Source of the DNA: a virus
Direction: 5' to 3' (one strand)
DNA: 64,000 bases
IMG/VR virus record: IMGVR_UViG_3300020193_000004
Span: 51,145 to 115,144 of that record
Position numbers and translations under genes: made by a program
Notes under the pieces: model-generated
Told to the model about the DNA's origin: nothing
The model's database searches: none
Seen by the model: only the letters and a program-made list of their open reading frames with translations
Shown here: piece after piece, positions 9,601-18,294 of the stretch
Layout: every line of letters begins with the position of its first letter
How positions within the stretch are numbered: position 1 is the stretch's first letter

Positions 9601-11130
9601 GGTGTTGGCCGTGCCCGTGGACTTCACGGTAACAGACTGGTCTGCGCCGGCCTTCGTGGTCGTGAGCACGAGACGGTTGTCGACGGAGATGCTGATCGTG
9701 AGCTGGCCGAACTCGTCTGCGGCGGCCAGCAGATCCTTGAGCTCCGTGCGCGTGTACGGGCCGCCGGCGAAGGTGTAGGTGACCTCCTCGCCCTCGACGC
9801 CGTCCTCAGTCACCTGGAAGATCAGCGTGAGGCTGGCCAGGCTCAGCGAGGCGGCGATGGCGCCGGTGCTCTGCACGTAGGCCGAGCGGGACGCGAGCCC
9901 CTGGTTGGAACCGGTGAGCGTGGCGGCCTCGCCCTCGGGGGTGATCGAGCCGTACTCGAGCGCCTGCGCCCGGAAGTACGCGTACTTCGGCGCGAATGGG
10001 GTGCCGTGGTTCTCGGTGTTCACCTCGATGGTGTCGTAGACGCGGTTCGTGGGGTTCCCGTCGTCGTCGAACGTCGAGAGGCTGCTGTTGAGCTTGCCGA
10101 TCTTGAACCGGCTGGCCTCGATCTTGGTGATCTCCCCGCTGCCGACCTGTGAGCCGTCGGCCCACATCTGGTCTCCGGGCTTCGCCGCCGTTGCTGCTGC
10201 GAGCGGCACCGTGGCGGACGTCCCGGTGTAGGTGACCGCGGCCGCCTTCGAGGTGTTGAAGGTCTCGTCGAGGTCGACCTGGCCTGCCCAGAGGAGGTTG
10301 GCGGTGGGAGCCGCGTCGAAGGAGAGCTGCTCGCTGTCGTCCTCGAAGTAGCCGCCACGGTAGAACTCGAGCCACGGCGTGGTGAGGTCGCTGTCCTCGT
10401 CGTCCTGTCCGCGGAAGCCCGCGCCCTCGACGCGGTACTCCTTGGAGGCGTCGAACGAGGCGCCGAAGAGGATGGTGAGGGCCGAGGTCCCGGCTCGGAT
10501 GGTGATACTCGAGGTTGCGCCGAAGGTCGGCGAGGTGAGCTGCACCTTGTCCGAGCCGCTGACGTCGACCACCGTGGCGACCTCGGAACCGACGGCCTCG
10601 TTGATTGCCTCCGCGACCTCCTCTGCCGTCAGGGTCCCGACGAAGGTCACGGTGATGTCGGAGGAGACGTTCACGGGGTTCACGACGTCGAAGGCGAACG
10701 TGAACGCGTCCCCCACGGTGGCGTCGAAGGCGAACGAGTCGCCGACAGAGGTGCGCAGCGCCGCGGCGCGGCACTTGTTCATCAGCTTGAGGAACGCCGA
10801 GCCGTACGAGTCGTTGCTGCCGCGGTCGAGCGTGCGGACACTCCCGCCGAAGTACAGCGAGACCCCGACGGTCTCCTCGTCGATGTTGAGCTCGTCGATG
10901 TTCTCGCGGGGGTCCGGGAAGTCCGCCTGCGGGATGAACATCGACGCTTGGTTGTAGCGTGCGTCGGGGTACTTCGCATCGCTGTTCAGCCCGCCGTCGC
11001 TGTCGAGGACCTCGATGATCTGACGACAGACGCCCATGACGAGAGGGACGAGGGCGGGAGACGAGGGCGTGGAAGAACTCGACGCGATTTCCTGCGTGAT
11101 CTCGACACCGGGGCGGTTGCTGGATGCCAT
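6604..11130 (-). CDS. Tail sheath protein (1508 aa, with many inserted domains)
   Basis: N-terminal RPGVEITQE; C-terminal LAAAIAG...QPFTN...KELSITKAIDW...IDVSVEPVYPCNKIKITI, typical of sheath termini. Confidence 0.85.
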   Translation of the reverse strand: MASSNRPGVEITQEIASSSSTPSSPALVPLVMGVCRQIIEVLDSDGGLNSDAKYPDARYNQASMFIPQADFPDPRENIDELNIDEETVGVSLYFGGSVRTLDRGSNDSYGSAFLKLMNKCRAAALRTSVGDSFAFDATVGDAFTFAFDVVNPVNVSSDITVTFVGTLTAEEVAEAINEAVGSEVATVVDVSGSDKVQLTSPTFGATSSITIRAGTSALTILFGASFDASKEYRVEGAGFRGQDDEDSDLTTPWLEFYRGGYFEDDSEQLSFDAAPTANLLWAGQVDLDETFNTSKAAAVTYTGTSATVPLAAATAAKPGDQMWADGSQVGSGEITKIEASRFKIGKLNSSLSTFDDDGNPTNRVYDTIEVNTENHGTPFAPKYAYFRAQALEYGSITPEGEAATLTGSNQGLASRSAYVQSTGAIAASLSLASLTLIFQVTEDGVEGEEVTYTFAGGPYTRTELKDLLAAADEFGQLTISISVDNRLVLTTTKAGADQSVTVKSTGTANTALLFSTTAATTDTGKDVEFATQAALTSDFFALPMVDLTTKVYELTIEDSKGTHTVTTAAVSLATDAGTLAALTDKLCEAFGSTDGTLDPTIYDGGIPIATMTNSGGADTTGTITITTIEGGASVTLAITAVDETDGFRFLGFHDDTGDAPAQLDSVGGVTDFSGLGGILTVGATSGFDFSTTGVAGGNPAAVVISLSTGTGLTLNELAADLETQLEAAMVGAGAASGLVSVIFDFDDEQFEITVTGAASITIADRTGGTNLRDVLFDSGASDAQAVATWLGGTPSGITPADIVFTWSDDGGGTTTTITGTATYAMAGSADAEELTELLNAAANFNGITAAAKRLVEWFSADNDVVSVRTIDGGVVMELEAAALQAGFTAMGFDVDPAAYNDAGAANGTNADDGGADALKSTILIFNLDDNPYDYEITFATNSLQAAIDDINELVDGAEDVASEDTRKLVLTSLLAGAASKVAIDSTSTADTVFGITGTDEGAGRPDPDFYLDGDGAVHIGPNILRNRSSGIPFSLASALADVYIPYTALRKDVTASAEDPALLTFESTEILEASIGPISINNPLCLGVFLALANSPTQTISALGIDEESAAAPYGTLDGWSRAIEYIESKEVYAIAPLTADEYVQGLLSTHVQAMSAPEERGERILFIWAALPDRAVTVTVASGENGESNGTENSFTLDVNPASDLIENGIDPSDEISVDDNLYLELVVTTLGVSELRRYSVQEVNGVVIALRVTFADGENTDGFFTTETLDEELSAADWTLKIRGDRLYVTGTTIPDLAAEASAAASQAAAFAHRRVYYLACDSVDTSIDGVTQNVEGFYLAAAIAGMVAEQPPQQPFTNFPVAGFTRVYGTDDTYNGKQLDTIADAGRYVMVNLGGVPVARKQLSTDPTSIQTKELSITKAIDWLAKGLRATNRVFIGRSVITSGFLDQLTLCNEGFLDYAELLGVVRKAELTKLLQDTDAPDTVLIDVSVEPVYPCNKIKITIVS

Positions 11131-11132
11131 GT

Positions 11133-11927
11133 TCAGGCCTCGTCAGAGCTGTTGGAGGTGAAAACCGTCTCGAGGAGGACTTCAGCCTCTCGGAGGGTCT
11201 CGGGAGGTGAGCCGATCCGACGTACCACGACGGGCGCCGAAGACATCGCCAACTGTACCTTCTCCAGCACGCTGGGGGAAGAGTAGAGGTAGTCCGAGGC
11301 GCGTCGTTCCTGGTTGATCATGTCGATCGACCGAGCACTTGCGGGAGCAGTGGGCTCTTCTGCCCATGTCCACTGGAACGAGAACGGGAGGTTGACCTGC
11401 ACCATGAAGAGCCCGGTCGGGTCGCCGTGGATCAGTGCCCCCGGTGGGCTCGGGGAGTTCTGCGAGGCCGCCGGGCGCGCTATCTGATGGAACCCACCAG
11501 AGCCTTCGAGGAGGCGGCGGTTGGCGTACGTCCCGTGCACGACCAGGTGTGCCAGCCACTGCGCGACGACGTCGTTCTCGGCCAGGCAGTACACCACGAA
11601 GTGGCCGGAGATCAGGTCCGCGTGGACCCGCCGCCCGGTGGTGAGGTTCATGTACATCAGCTGGTCGATACCGAGCCCCTGGTACTGGACAGGGCCCATG
11701 ACGACGGTCACCGCAGGCTTCTTGCCCACCGTCTTCATGTCGAGCGGGGCCTCGGCGCGGATGATCACTTCCGTCCGCTCGGCATCCGGCTCCCAGTGGA
11801 ACTTCCCCTCTGCGTTGAAGTTGAAGAGTCCCTGCAGGAACCGGACGAAGAGCTTCTGCGCATAGAGCAACGGGTTGTCCCCGCGCTCCAACGAGACGCG
11901 TCGCGAGCGGGTGGCAACCTCACTCAC
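11133..11927 (-). CDS. Putative tail completion/terminator protein
   Basis: Immediately upstream of the sheath; start moved to GTG 11927; function inferred from position. Confidence 0.5.
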   Translation of the reverse strand: MSEVATRSRRVSLERGDNPLLYAQKLFVRFLQGLFNFNAEGKFHWEPDAERTEVIIRAEAPLDMKTVGKKPAVTVVMGPVQYQGLGIDQLMYMNLTTGRRVHADLISGHFVVYCLAENDVVAQWLAHLVVHGTYANRRLLEGSGGFHQIARPAASQNSPSPPGALIHGDPTGLFMVQVNLPFSFQWTWAEEPTAPASARSIDMINQERRASDYLYSSPSVLEKVQLAMSSAPVVVRRIGSPPETLREAEVLLETVFTSNSSDEA

Positions 11928-12351
11928 GGGACAGCTCCAGGAGGGCTTGGTGGTACACGTCGTAGATGGAGGCGACCTTCTCAGACCCAGCAGCCTTGCG
12001 CTCCTTCTCCAGTCGAGAGACCTCCTCTGCGATACGGACTTGACCGGCCATGTGCGCGAGTCCAGCGCTGACGGTGGCCACGGAGCCGAGAGCCCCCACG
12101 GCCTGTGTGATGGCCCGACGCTGAACGTCCGGGTGGAGCCGCGCGAAGCGCGCACCGAACCGGGAACGGGCGAGGGCGTCGGCGACCGGTACCCCTGCGT
12201 AGTACCCGAGCGCGTGTGCAGCCGCGATTCCGCCCATGTTCGCCAGGACGAACCCCCAGGGGTACGACGATGGGGGCGTACGCGCAGCCTGCTCCTGGTA
12301 CTCCTGGTACCCGGGCTGCTTCTTCATCTCGGCGACAGGGTCACGCATCAT
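11920..12351 (-). CDS. Hydrophobic small protein ending in KVASIYDVY motif
   Basis: Start MMRDPVAE (12351); two hydrophobic stretches; C-terminus EKVASIYDVYHQALLEL. Confidence 0.65.
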   Translation of the reverse strand: MMRDPVAEMKKQPGYQEYQEQAARTPPSSYPWGFVLANMGGIAAAHALGYYAGVPVADALARSRFGARFARLHPDVQRRAITQAVGALGSVATVSAGLAHMAGQVRIAEEVSRLEKERKAAGSEKVASIYDVYHQALLELSRE

Positions 12352-13234
12352 CGCGGTATCCGTACCGACCGAGTAGCCGATCCAGCTCGTCCGCGGGAGT
12401 CGAACTCGCTGCCTCGATCGTGTGTGGGTTCGTGTAGTTGCGCGACGCCGCGTGCGTGACCTCCCGGTGGTCGACCTGCAACGGAATCGCCGCCTCGATC
12501 GCACTGGGAGACAGCTGCACAGCCTGCGCCTCCTGATGCACCGAGACCCCGAGGCGGGTGGTGGCGGAGACGCTGAGCACTCGGAAACGCTGGTTCCGGT
12601 GGTCGATGATCAAGGACAGCGGGGTGATGCGCGGCGACGCCGTGGTGCGCAGGGTCAGCGTGTTCTGCTGATAGTGGTCGTACGTGGACGAGATCTCGAC
12701 GGTCGGGTTCCGGTCGAACTGGATGAAGCACTCGACGGGGTAGTGGTAACCCCCCGAGAACCCAGTCCCCCAGCACACCGTGCAGGAGTCGTCCAGGCGC
12801 TTTGCGAGGGCGTCGTCCCAGCACTGCGGACAGCGCTGCCCGAAGGTGCGCCGCGGGAAGAGCCATGCCCGTGTACCGGCGAACTCGGTGAAGAGGAGAT
12901 GCTCCAGACTGACGATCTCGGCGCCGATGAGGTCCAGTTCCCCCTCACGATCGGCAACCCCGGACACGACCTCGACGCTGCGCAGCGTGTTCGCGGCCCG
13001 GATGCGGTAGATGAGCACGCGGTTGAACGCGAACTGCGGAGTCGAGTTGTCCCGCACGTAGTAGCGGTCGATGATCGGCCCGGCGATCACATCCCACGGC
13101 CCGGCCTCGGACTCAGACCGCTCGACGAAGAACTCCCACTCCTGCATGTCGTCGTGGGTGGGCGCGATCTCCCAGTCCACGTCGAGGTACCGGCGGTCGA
13201 ACCCCGTGACACGGACCTGCGTGATGGAGATCAT
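12341..13234 (-). CDS. Putative neck/head-closure protein with Zn finger
   Basis: RCPQCWD...CTVCWGTGFSGGY; between capsid and sheath genes. Confidence 0.55.
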   Translation of the reverse strand: MISITQVRVTGFDRRYLDVDWEIAPTHDDMQEWEFFVERSESEAGPWDVIAGPIIDRYYVRDNSTPQFAFNRVLIYRIRAANTLRSVEVVSGVADREGELDLIGAEIVSLEHLLFTEFAGTRAWLFPRRTFGQRCPQCWDDALAKRLDDSCTVCWGTGFSGGYHYPVECFIQFDRNPTVEISSTYDHYQQNTLTLRTTASPRITPLSLIIDHRNQRFRVLSVSATTRLGVSVHQEAQAVQLSPSAIEAAIPLQVDHREVTHAASRNYTNPHTIEAASSTPADELDRLLGRYGYRDDA

Positions 13235-14094
13235 CGCAGCACGCGCGGTACGACTCCGGCTGCGGCCAACCCCGCGAGAATCCCGTAAGGCAGTGCCGCC
13301 ACCGCTGCCGAGCGCCGAGGGTTCTCGCTGCCCTCCGCGGCAAGCTCTGCCCGCATGTCATGGTACTTCGTCTTCAGCCGCTGGATGGCCGTGTCCTTGC
13401 TGTGCGCTGCGTGGACCTGGTGAGCTGCGCGAGCTGCCTCTTCCTTGATCTCACGAGACGACTTGCCGCTCTCACCTCGCGTGAGCTTGCTCTTCTCGTA
13501 GAGGTACCCACCAGCGGCCGCCGGTACACCCAGGAGCACCGCGCCGATGGCCGGAGCTGCAGCGGGGTGCGCACGCACGTACTCGCGAATGGCTGCACCA
13601 GCAGCCGAAGCAGCCTTGTTCTGGCCTGAGCCGCGTACAGCAAGCCCAGCGGCTCCGCCCACAGTACCCACACCAGCTCCGACTGCGCCGTGCTGAAGAC
13701 CAGACACAAGGGTCCCTGCGTCGCGCAGCTCCTGTGGGTGCGCGACGCGCCCATGCTGCTTCGCGAACGCCTCGGCCGCATCACCCACCACACTCCGGGT
13801 CCTACGAGCGATCGAGGGTGCAGCGAGGTGGCCAACCGCAGCACCACCAAGTCCGCCGACGCCGGCGCCGATAGCCGCACCCTTCAGACGGTTGCCCTTC
13901 CCAGCAGTCAGGGCACCGACGCCGGCACCGACGCCGGCACCGACAAGCCCCCCGACTACCGAGGCACGCTTCTCCATCGCCTCCTTGGCGATCTCGAACG
14001 CGGCTGCCTGCTTCCGCCCGGTGAGCTCCATCCAGAGGTCAGCGGCGGCAGCCTGCCGGGCCGCGGATGTGCGGACGTCCCAGTGCGGTTCCAT
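13231..14094 (-). CDS. Glycine-zipper protein with KxA motifs
   Basis: Start MEPHWD overlaps the upstream stop; KQAA, KEA, KRAS, KAAS; GGLVGAGVGAGVGALTAGKGNRLKGAAIGAGVGGLGG. Confidence 0.7.
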   Translation of the reverse strand: MEPHWDVRTSAARQAAAADLWMELTGRKQAAAFEIAKEAMEKRASVVGGLVGAGVGAGVGALTAGKGNRLKGAAIGAGVGGLGGAAVGHLAAPSIARRTRSVVGDAAEAFAKQHGRVAHPQELRDAGTLVSGLQHGAVGAGVGTVGGAAGLAVRGSGQNKAASAAGAAIREYVRAHPAAAPAIGAVLLGVPAAAGGYLYEKSKLTRGESGKSSREIKEEAARAAHQVHAAHSKDTAIQRLKTKYHDMRAELAAEGSENPRRSAAVAALPYGILAGLAAAGVVPRVLR

Positions 14095-14585
14095 CACATC
14101 AACCCGTTGAGGTAGACGCCGTTGATGACGAAGTACTCCGAAGTCGCGCCGATCCCGTCCATGGCTGCCTCCACGTTCATCGAGGACTTCATCCTGACCT
14201 TCTTGTCCTCGTAACCGGACTTGAGCATGCTCACCCACTGCATGATCATCGGCGCCTTGTCGTTCACGGAGACGGAGATCCCGCCGTCGCTAAACGAGAT
14301 ATGGTTCCGCATCTGCAGCATGGCGATGCTCTCCAGGAGGGAGATCGCGGCCGCCCGGCACAGCAGGTGCTTCGAGGGGAAGTTGTCGATGGTGGTCGTA
14401 CCCAGGAAGGGTGGCGTCGTGTTCCAGTCATCGAGCGCGTCGACGATGGCCCACGCGATCATGCGGGGCGAGCTCTCATAGCCCTGCGTCAGTCGGTTCA
14501 ACTCCGGGTAGTCGCGCATGTACTGGCGCACGTACGCGATCATCTCGTTCATCCGCGCCGACGCTGATGGGAGAGCAGTAGCCAC
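14094..14585 (-). CDS. Putative head-tail adaptor/neck protein
   Basis: VRQYMRDYPELNRL...ALDDWNTTPP...FSDGGISVS; position after the capsid genes. Confidence 0.5.
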   Translation of the reverse strand: MATALPSASARMNEMIAYVRQYMRDYPELNRLTQGYESSPRMIAWAIVDALDDWNTTPPFLGTTTIDNFPSKHLLCRAAAISLLESIAMLQMRNHISFSDGGISVSVNDKAPMIMQWVSMLKSGYEDKKVRMKSSMNVEAAMDGIGATSEYFVINGVYLNGLM

Positions 14586-14588
14586 AGG

Positions 14589-15071
14589 TCACTCCGTCGG
14601 GATGAAGCCGCCACGGGTACGCGTCCAGCGCCCCAGCCAGAAGAACGCCTCGGGGTCGAGCTCGCGACCCTCCTGGAACAGCGCGCGGCTCAGTCGCATG
14701 ACCGCCGCCGCCTTGGAGGCAGGCACGCTGATCGACGGCAGGGCCCGAGTGGCCAGGTTCTGTACCTGCTCGAGCGTGAGGTCGTTCAGGTAGACGCGTA
14801 CCTGCTCGAGGGTGAGCGCGGTGGGGGCCGTGGCCTCCGCCTGCTCACGTGCGGCGCGCAGCCCCGCCTTGCTCGTGCGCGTAAAACGAGCAGGCAGGTC
14901 ACCGATCCAGAGGAGGGTGCCGTGCATCTCGCGGTGCTTCGCGCCAATGGTGGAGGAGTCCACCTCGACGAACTGCCCCGGGCGTACACTCTGCCCGCCG
15001 ATCTTGACCGCGACACCCTCACCGGGGGTGTTCGGCCGGTCGGAGACGTTGTGAACGAGGATCTTGCCCAT
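14589..15071 (-). CDS. Hypothetical protein (head module)
   Basis: Tightly packed ORF with GGAGG RBS, core codon usage. Confidence 0.65.
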   Translation of the reverse strand: MGKILVHNVSDRPNTPGEGVAVKIGGQSVRPGQFVEVDSSTIGAKHREMHGTLLWIGDLPARFTRTSKAGLRAAREQAEATAPTALTLEQVRVYLNDLTLEQVQNLATRALPSISVPASKAAAVMRLSRALFQEGRELDPEAFFWLGRWTRTRGGFIPTE

Positions 15072-15775
15072 CAGACCTCCTCGGTCCGCAGGAGAGCGAC
15101 CGCGCGGTTGGCGATGACCGGGTCGGGGTCACCGGAGAGGCACTCGTTGACCTCCTCGATGAGCGTGGCCTTGTTCTTACCCAGCCACGGCTTCTCGAAG
15201 AGCGCGAGGACGCCGCCCAGCACCTTGTTCTTGGCATCGCGCACCAGCTCGTCGATGTCGAGCGGGAGCGTGAAGGTCTCGTTGTCGGCCACCGGGGGTG
15301 CCTTGGGATCGGTGTGCTCCTCGGCCACGGGGTCCAGGAACGCTTCGACCGGGGGCGGTGCCTCCTCCTCGGGGGTGACATCGCCCTCAGGGGAGACCAC
15401 CGACCCCTCCGCGCCCCCCAGTGGAACTGCAGGGCTGGTGTCGGCGGGAGGAGTCGGCGGTTCGGCTGCTACGGCCTGCGCTGCTGCATCACCCTCGGGA
15501 CCCGGGGTGATGCCCAGGCGCACGCGCAGCTCGGCGAAGTCCACCGACTGGCGAGAGGACCCGAACTCGCGGACCTCGATGTTGCCGATGCTGACCAGAT
15601 ACTCCAGCTGGTCGACGATCGCCGGCAGCAGCAGATCGACAGGCATCACGCGGCGGCCGCGGGGAGGGAGGGGCTGCCCGGCGATCGTCGGCCGCTGGAG
15701 TACCTTGCCCGGGAACCTGGCGCGCAGACGCGCCGTACCAGGGTCCATGACCGTGTTGATGACGAGAAGGCGCAT
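15071..15775 (-). CDS. Hypothetical protein with Pro/Glu-rich linker (head module)
   Basis: Directly after the capsid gene; AGGAG RBS; coupled to the next ORF. Confidence 0.65.
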   Translation of the reverse strand: MRLLVINTVMDPGTARLRARFPGKVLQRPTIAGQPLPPRGRRVMPVDLLLPAIVDQLEYLVSIGNIEVREFGSSRQSVDFAELRVRLGITPGPEGDAAAQAVAAEPPTPPADTSPAVPLGGAEGSVVSPEGDVTPEEEAPPPVEAFLDPVAEEHTDPKAPPVADNETFTLPLDIDELVRDAKNKVLGGVLALFEKPWLGKNKATLIEEVNECLSGDPDPVIANRAVALLRTEEV

Positions 15776-15793
15776 GTGCAGCTCCTGAAACAG

Positions 15794-15824
15794 GTCGGCC
15801 CCGATCTTGTGGACCGGGGCCGAC
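15794..15824 (-). terminator. GC-rich stem-loop downstream of the major capsid gene
   Basis: GTCGGCCCCG...CGGGGCCGAC inverted repeat; weak U-tract. Confidence 0.5.
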
Positions 15825-15863
15825 AGAGGGTGGGAGGCCCGTGGACCTGTCGGCCCGCGAGTC

Positions 15864-17027
15864 TCAGAAGAGCGAGATGTGCGGGAAGGTCAGGCCCTCG
15901 GCGACCTTATTATTCACGCCGCCCATGTCCTCGATCTCGACCGGGATGCCGGCCGCGTAGCCGGAGTCGGTGTCGCCCGCGGTGACGGACCCGGAGTAGA
16001 GCTCGAGCTTCACCACCGAGGCGATGTTCGCGATGCCCAGCCCGATGTCCATCCAGGCCTGCCAGTAGATCCGGTTCGCGATCTTGTCGATGTAGAACTT
16101 CACGTCGTTGAGCGTGTAGTTCCGGCCGAAGTACTGGGCGCTGGTGAAGACGTAGACGTTGCCCTCGCGGAGCAGGTCGTTCTTGATCGTCTTCACGATG
16201 CGCAGGCCGACGGCCTTGTTGTACGACCAGCCGTTCACCGCGGTCTCGCTCTGGAGCCGTGAGCCCAGGTCCTCGTGGGTCCAGGAGTCGAACTCGTCGA
16301 TGTCCGACTCGCAGGCCAGCATGACCTCGGGACGCAAGCGGCCCTGGCGGACCACGTTGCCCGAACCGTCGGTGATCACGCGCTTCAGGAGGCGCTTGAT
16401 CTTGACGATGTCGGGGCGCTGGATCGCCTTGACCACGAAGTTGTCCGAGGCCTGCTGCAGGGCGAGCGAGCCCTTGACCTTCGAGACCTCGAGGCAGGTG
16501 CCGGCATTTACGTTCGTGGTGTTGAAGCCGACCACGGAGCCATTGGCCTCCTCCTGCATCGCCTCGACCGCGGTCTCGGTGTGCACGAGGAAGTTGCGGT
16601 CCTTGACCTCGACCATGTCCTTGAGGCTGTTCTCCTCGATGATGCGCGTCACCGGCATTTCGTAGGCCATCAGCTCTTGCTCCACAATCTCGAACTTGAG
16701 GCTCGAGACAGTGAAGAAGCCGATCGCGAAGCGCTTGCCGGTGACGTACTGGGCGTCGGGCTGGCCGCGGAAGGTGAACGCCATCGCGCGGGACCCGGGC
16801 TCGATGTCCACGATCTTCACGAGGGTGTCGTGCTCGACCGACCGCTGCAGATCGCCGCGCACGACGCGCTCGTTCGGGACGATCATGTCCGTGAAGCTGG
16901 CCTCACGGATACGATCTCGGATGAAGTTGAGGGACTCGGCCGCGGTCTTAGTGGTGCCGTCGGTCTCGAGCCGCTCGACGAACCCTGCGTTGAGATCCCG
17001 GGCGCTGCTGCCGTCGATCGTGTTCAT
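15864..17027 (-). CDS. Major capsid protein (probably HK97 fold)
   Basis: 387 aa; follows protease, scaffold-like and decoration-like genes; strong codon bias; downstream hairpin; N-terminal KTAA. Confidence 0.75.
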   Translation of the reverse strand: MNTIDGSSARDLNAGFVERLETDGTTKTAAESLNFIRDRIREASFTDMIVPNERVVRGDLQRSVEHDTLVKIVDIEPGSRAMAFTFRGQPDAQYVTGKRFAIGFFTVSSLKFEIVEQELMAYEMPVTRIIEENSLKDMVEVKDRNFLVHTETAVEAMQEEANGSVVGFNTTNVNAGTCLEVSKVKGSLALQQASDNFVVKAIQRPDIVKIKRLLKRVITDGSGNVVRQGRLRPEVMLACESDIDEFDSWTHEDLGSRLQSETAVNGWSYNKAVGLRIVKTIKNDLLREGNVYVFTSAQYFGRNYTLNDVKFYIDKIANRIYWQAWMDIGLGIANIASVVKLELYSGSVTAGDTDSGYAAGIPVEIEDMGGVNNKVAEGLTFPHISLF

Positions 17028-17078
17028 GACAGATCCTTGAGAAGGTGGGTGGAGTAGGAGAGGGGGTACCCGGGACGC

Positions 17079-17603
17079 CTACTGGAGCCCGTAGATGACG
17101 CTGATATCGTCCGTGCCGTAGATGCGTGAGACGCGCCCCACGACCCAGCCGGCGCTGAAGACGGCGAGGGCGCGGCGGACCTTGCCCCAGGCGTTGCTGC
17201 CGCCGTCCCAGTCCCACACGGAGACCTTGCTGTTCACCGAGAGGCCGGACGAGCGACAGATCTTAGTGCGGAACTCGAAGCCGAGGGGACCGCGGATGCA
17301 GTGCGCCTGCTGCGACATCTGCGCGTCGTAACGCCCCTCCTCGAGGAAGTACATGAAGGCGGGGTTGGTGCCCTCGCCGTCCGGCGTGCCCTCCACGGCC
17401 ACGGCATTGTTGCCACCTCGGGTGTACTTGGCGGAGGACCCGCTCGAGACGAGCTCGAGGAACTCGCCCTCGACGAGGGCGCGGGTGTCGCTGGGGTCGA
17501 ACGGGTTCACGCCCGACTCGCCGGACCCTGCCGTGTAGGGCAGATCCCGGGTGACGAGAAGGCTGTAACCCGGGTTCAGGATGGTGACGTACTTGCCGGC
17601 CAT
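17079..17603 (-). CDS. Putative capsid decoration/cement protein
   Basis: Small beta/Gly-rich ORF immediately upstream of the capsid gene. Confidence 0.5.
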   Translation of the reverse strand: MAGKYVTILNPGYSLLVTRDLPYTAGSGESGVNPFDPSDTRALVEGEFLELVSSGSSAKYTRGGNNAVAVEGTPDGEGTNPAFMYFLEEGRYDAQMSQQAHCIRGPLGFEFRTKICRSSGLSVNSKVSVWDWDGGSNAWGKVRRALAVFSAGWVVGRVSRIYGTDDISVIYGLQ

Positions 17604-17677
17604 GATGTGATTCCTCTGGAGGGAGATTCTGCCCTTGCGATGCGCGAAGGGTCAAGTGGGTTGGAGAAGGAGAGCCT

Positions 17678-18061
17678 CTACGAGGAGTGGCCCGTGAGAC
17701 AGAACGCCTCGAAAGAGGACGTGCTGACATCGGTATCGGACCGCGGGGCTCCCTCCTCGACCTTGGCCAGGTCGAGCTTGCCGCCACCGGCGAGCTTGAT
17801 GGACTCGCGGACGATGCCGAGGTCGCTATATCGAGAAACCGAGGCGACCTTCTCCTCGAAGGTCAGCTCGGGGGACAGTCCACGGGACTCCATCTCCCGA
17901 GCCAGGGCCCGCACCTCGTCCGCGCGCGCGTAGCTGGCGACCTTCGCGCGCAGCTGGACGTTCTCGGCCTCGGTGCTTGCGAGCTTCGTCGCGAGCTGGC
18001 GCAGGGTCGCGGCCGACTGTGCGGCGACGGCGGCGACGCCGTCATTCATGTTGGTGCTCAT
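17678..18061 (-). CDS. Coiled-coil scaffold-like protein
   Basis: Helical Ala/Glu-rich; KLAS, KVAS, KVAS, KLAG. Confidence 0.6.
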   Translation of the reverse strand: MSTNMNDGVAAVAAQSAATLRQLATKLASTEAENVQLRAKVASYARADEVRALAREMESRGLSPELTFEEKVASVSRYSDLGIVRESIKLAGGGKLDLAKVEEGAPRSDTDVSTSSFEAFCLTGHSS

Positions 18062-18294
18062 GGAGTGGCGTCCTTCGGAGGGGTGGGGGATGCGGAACCG
18101 TTCTCGAGGCTGGAGGGGGCACGGCGACGGAGGAACTCGCCCACGCGACGCAGTCGCGCCTCCTCACTGGTCTCGGCAGATCGGTCGTCGACAGTGGCGG
18201 TCTTGGGAAAGGTCGCACATGCCTTGAACGCACGCGCACGCGTATCCTCGGACACGGAGGCACGCTTCTCGATCATGGCGACCAGTTCGCGCAT
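18058..18294 (-). CDS. Small KxA-motif head protein
   Basis: Coupled ORF; EKRAS, KTAT. Confidence 0.55.
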   Translation of the reverse strand: MRELVAMIEKRASVSEDTRARAFKACATFPKTATVDDRSAETSEEARLRRVGEFLRRRAPSSLENGSASPTPPKDATP

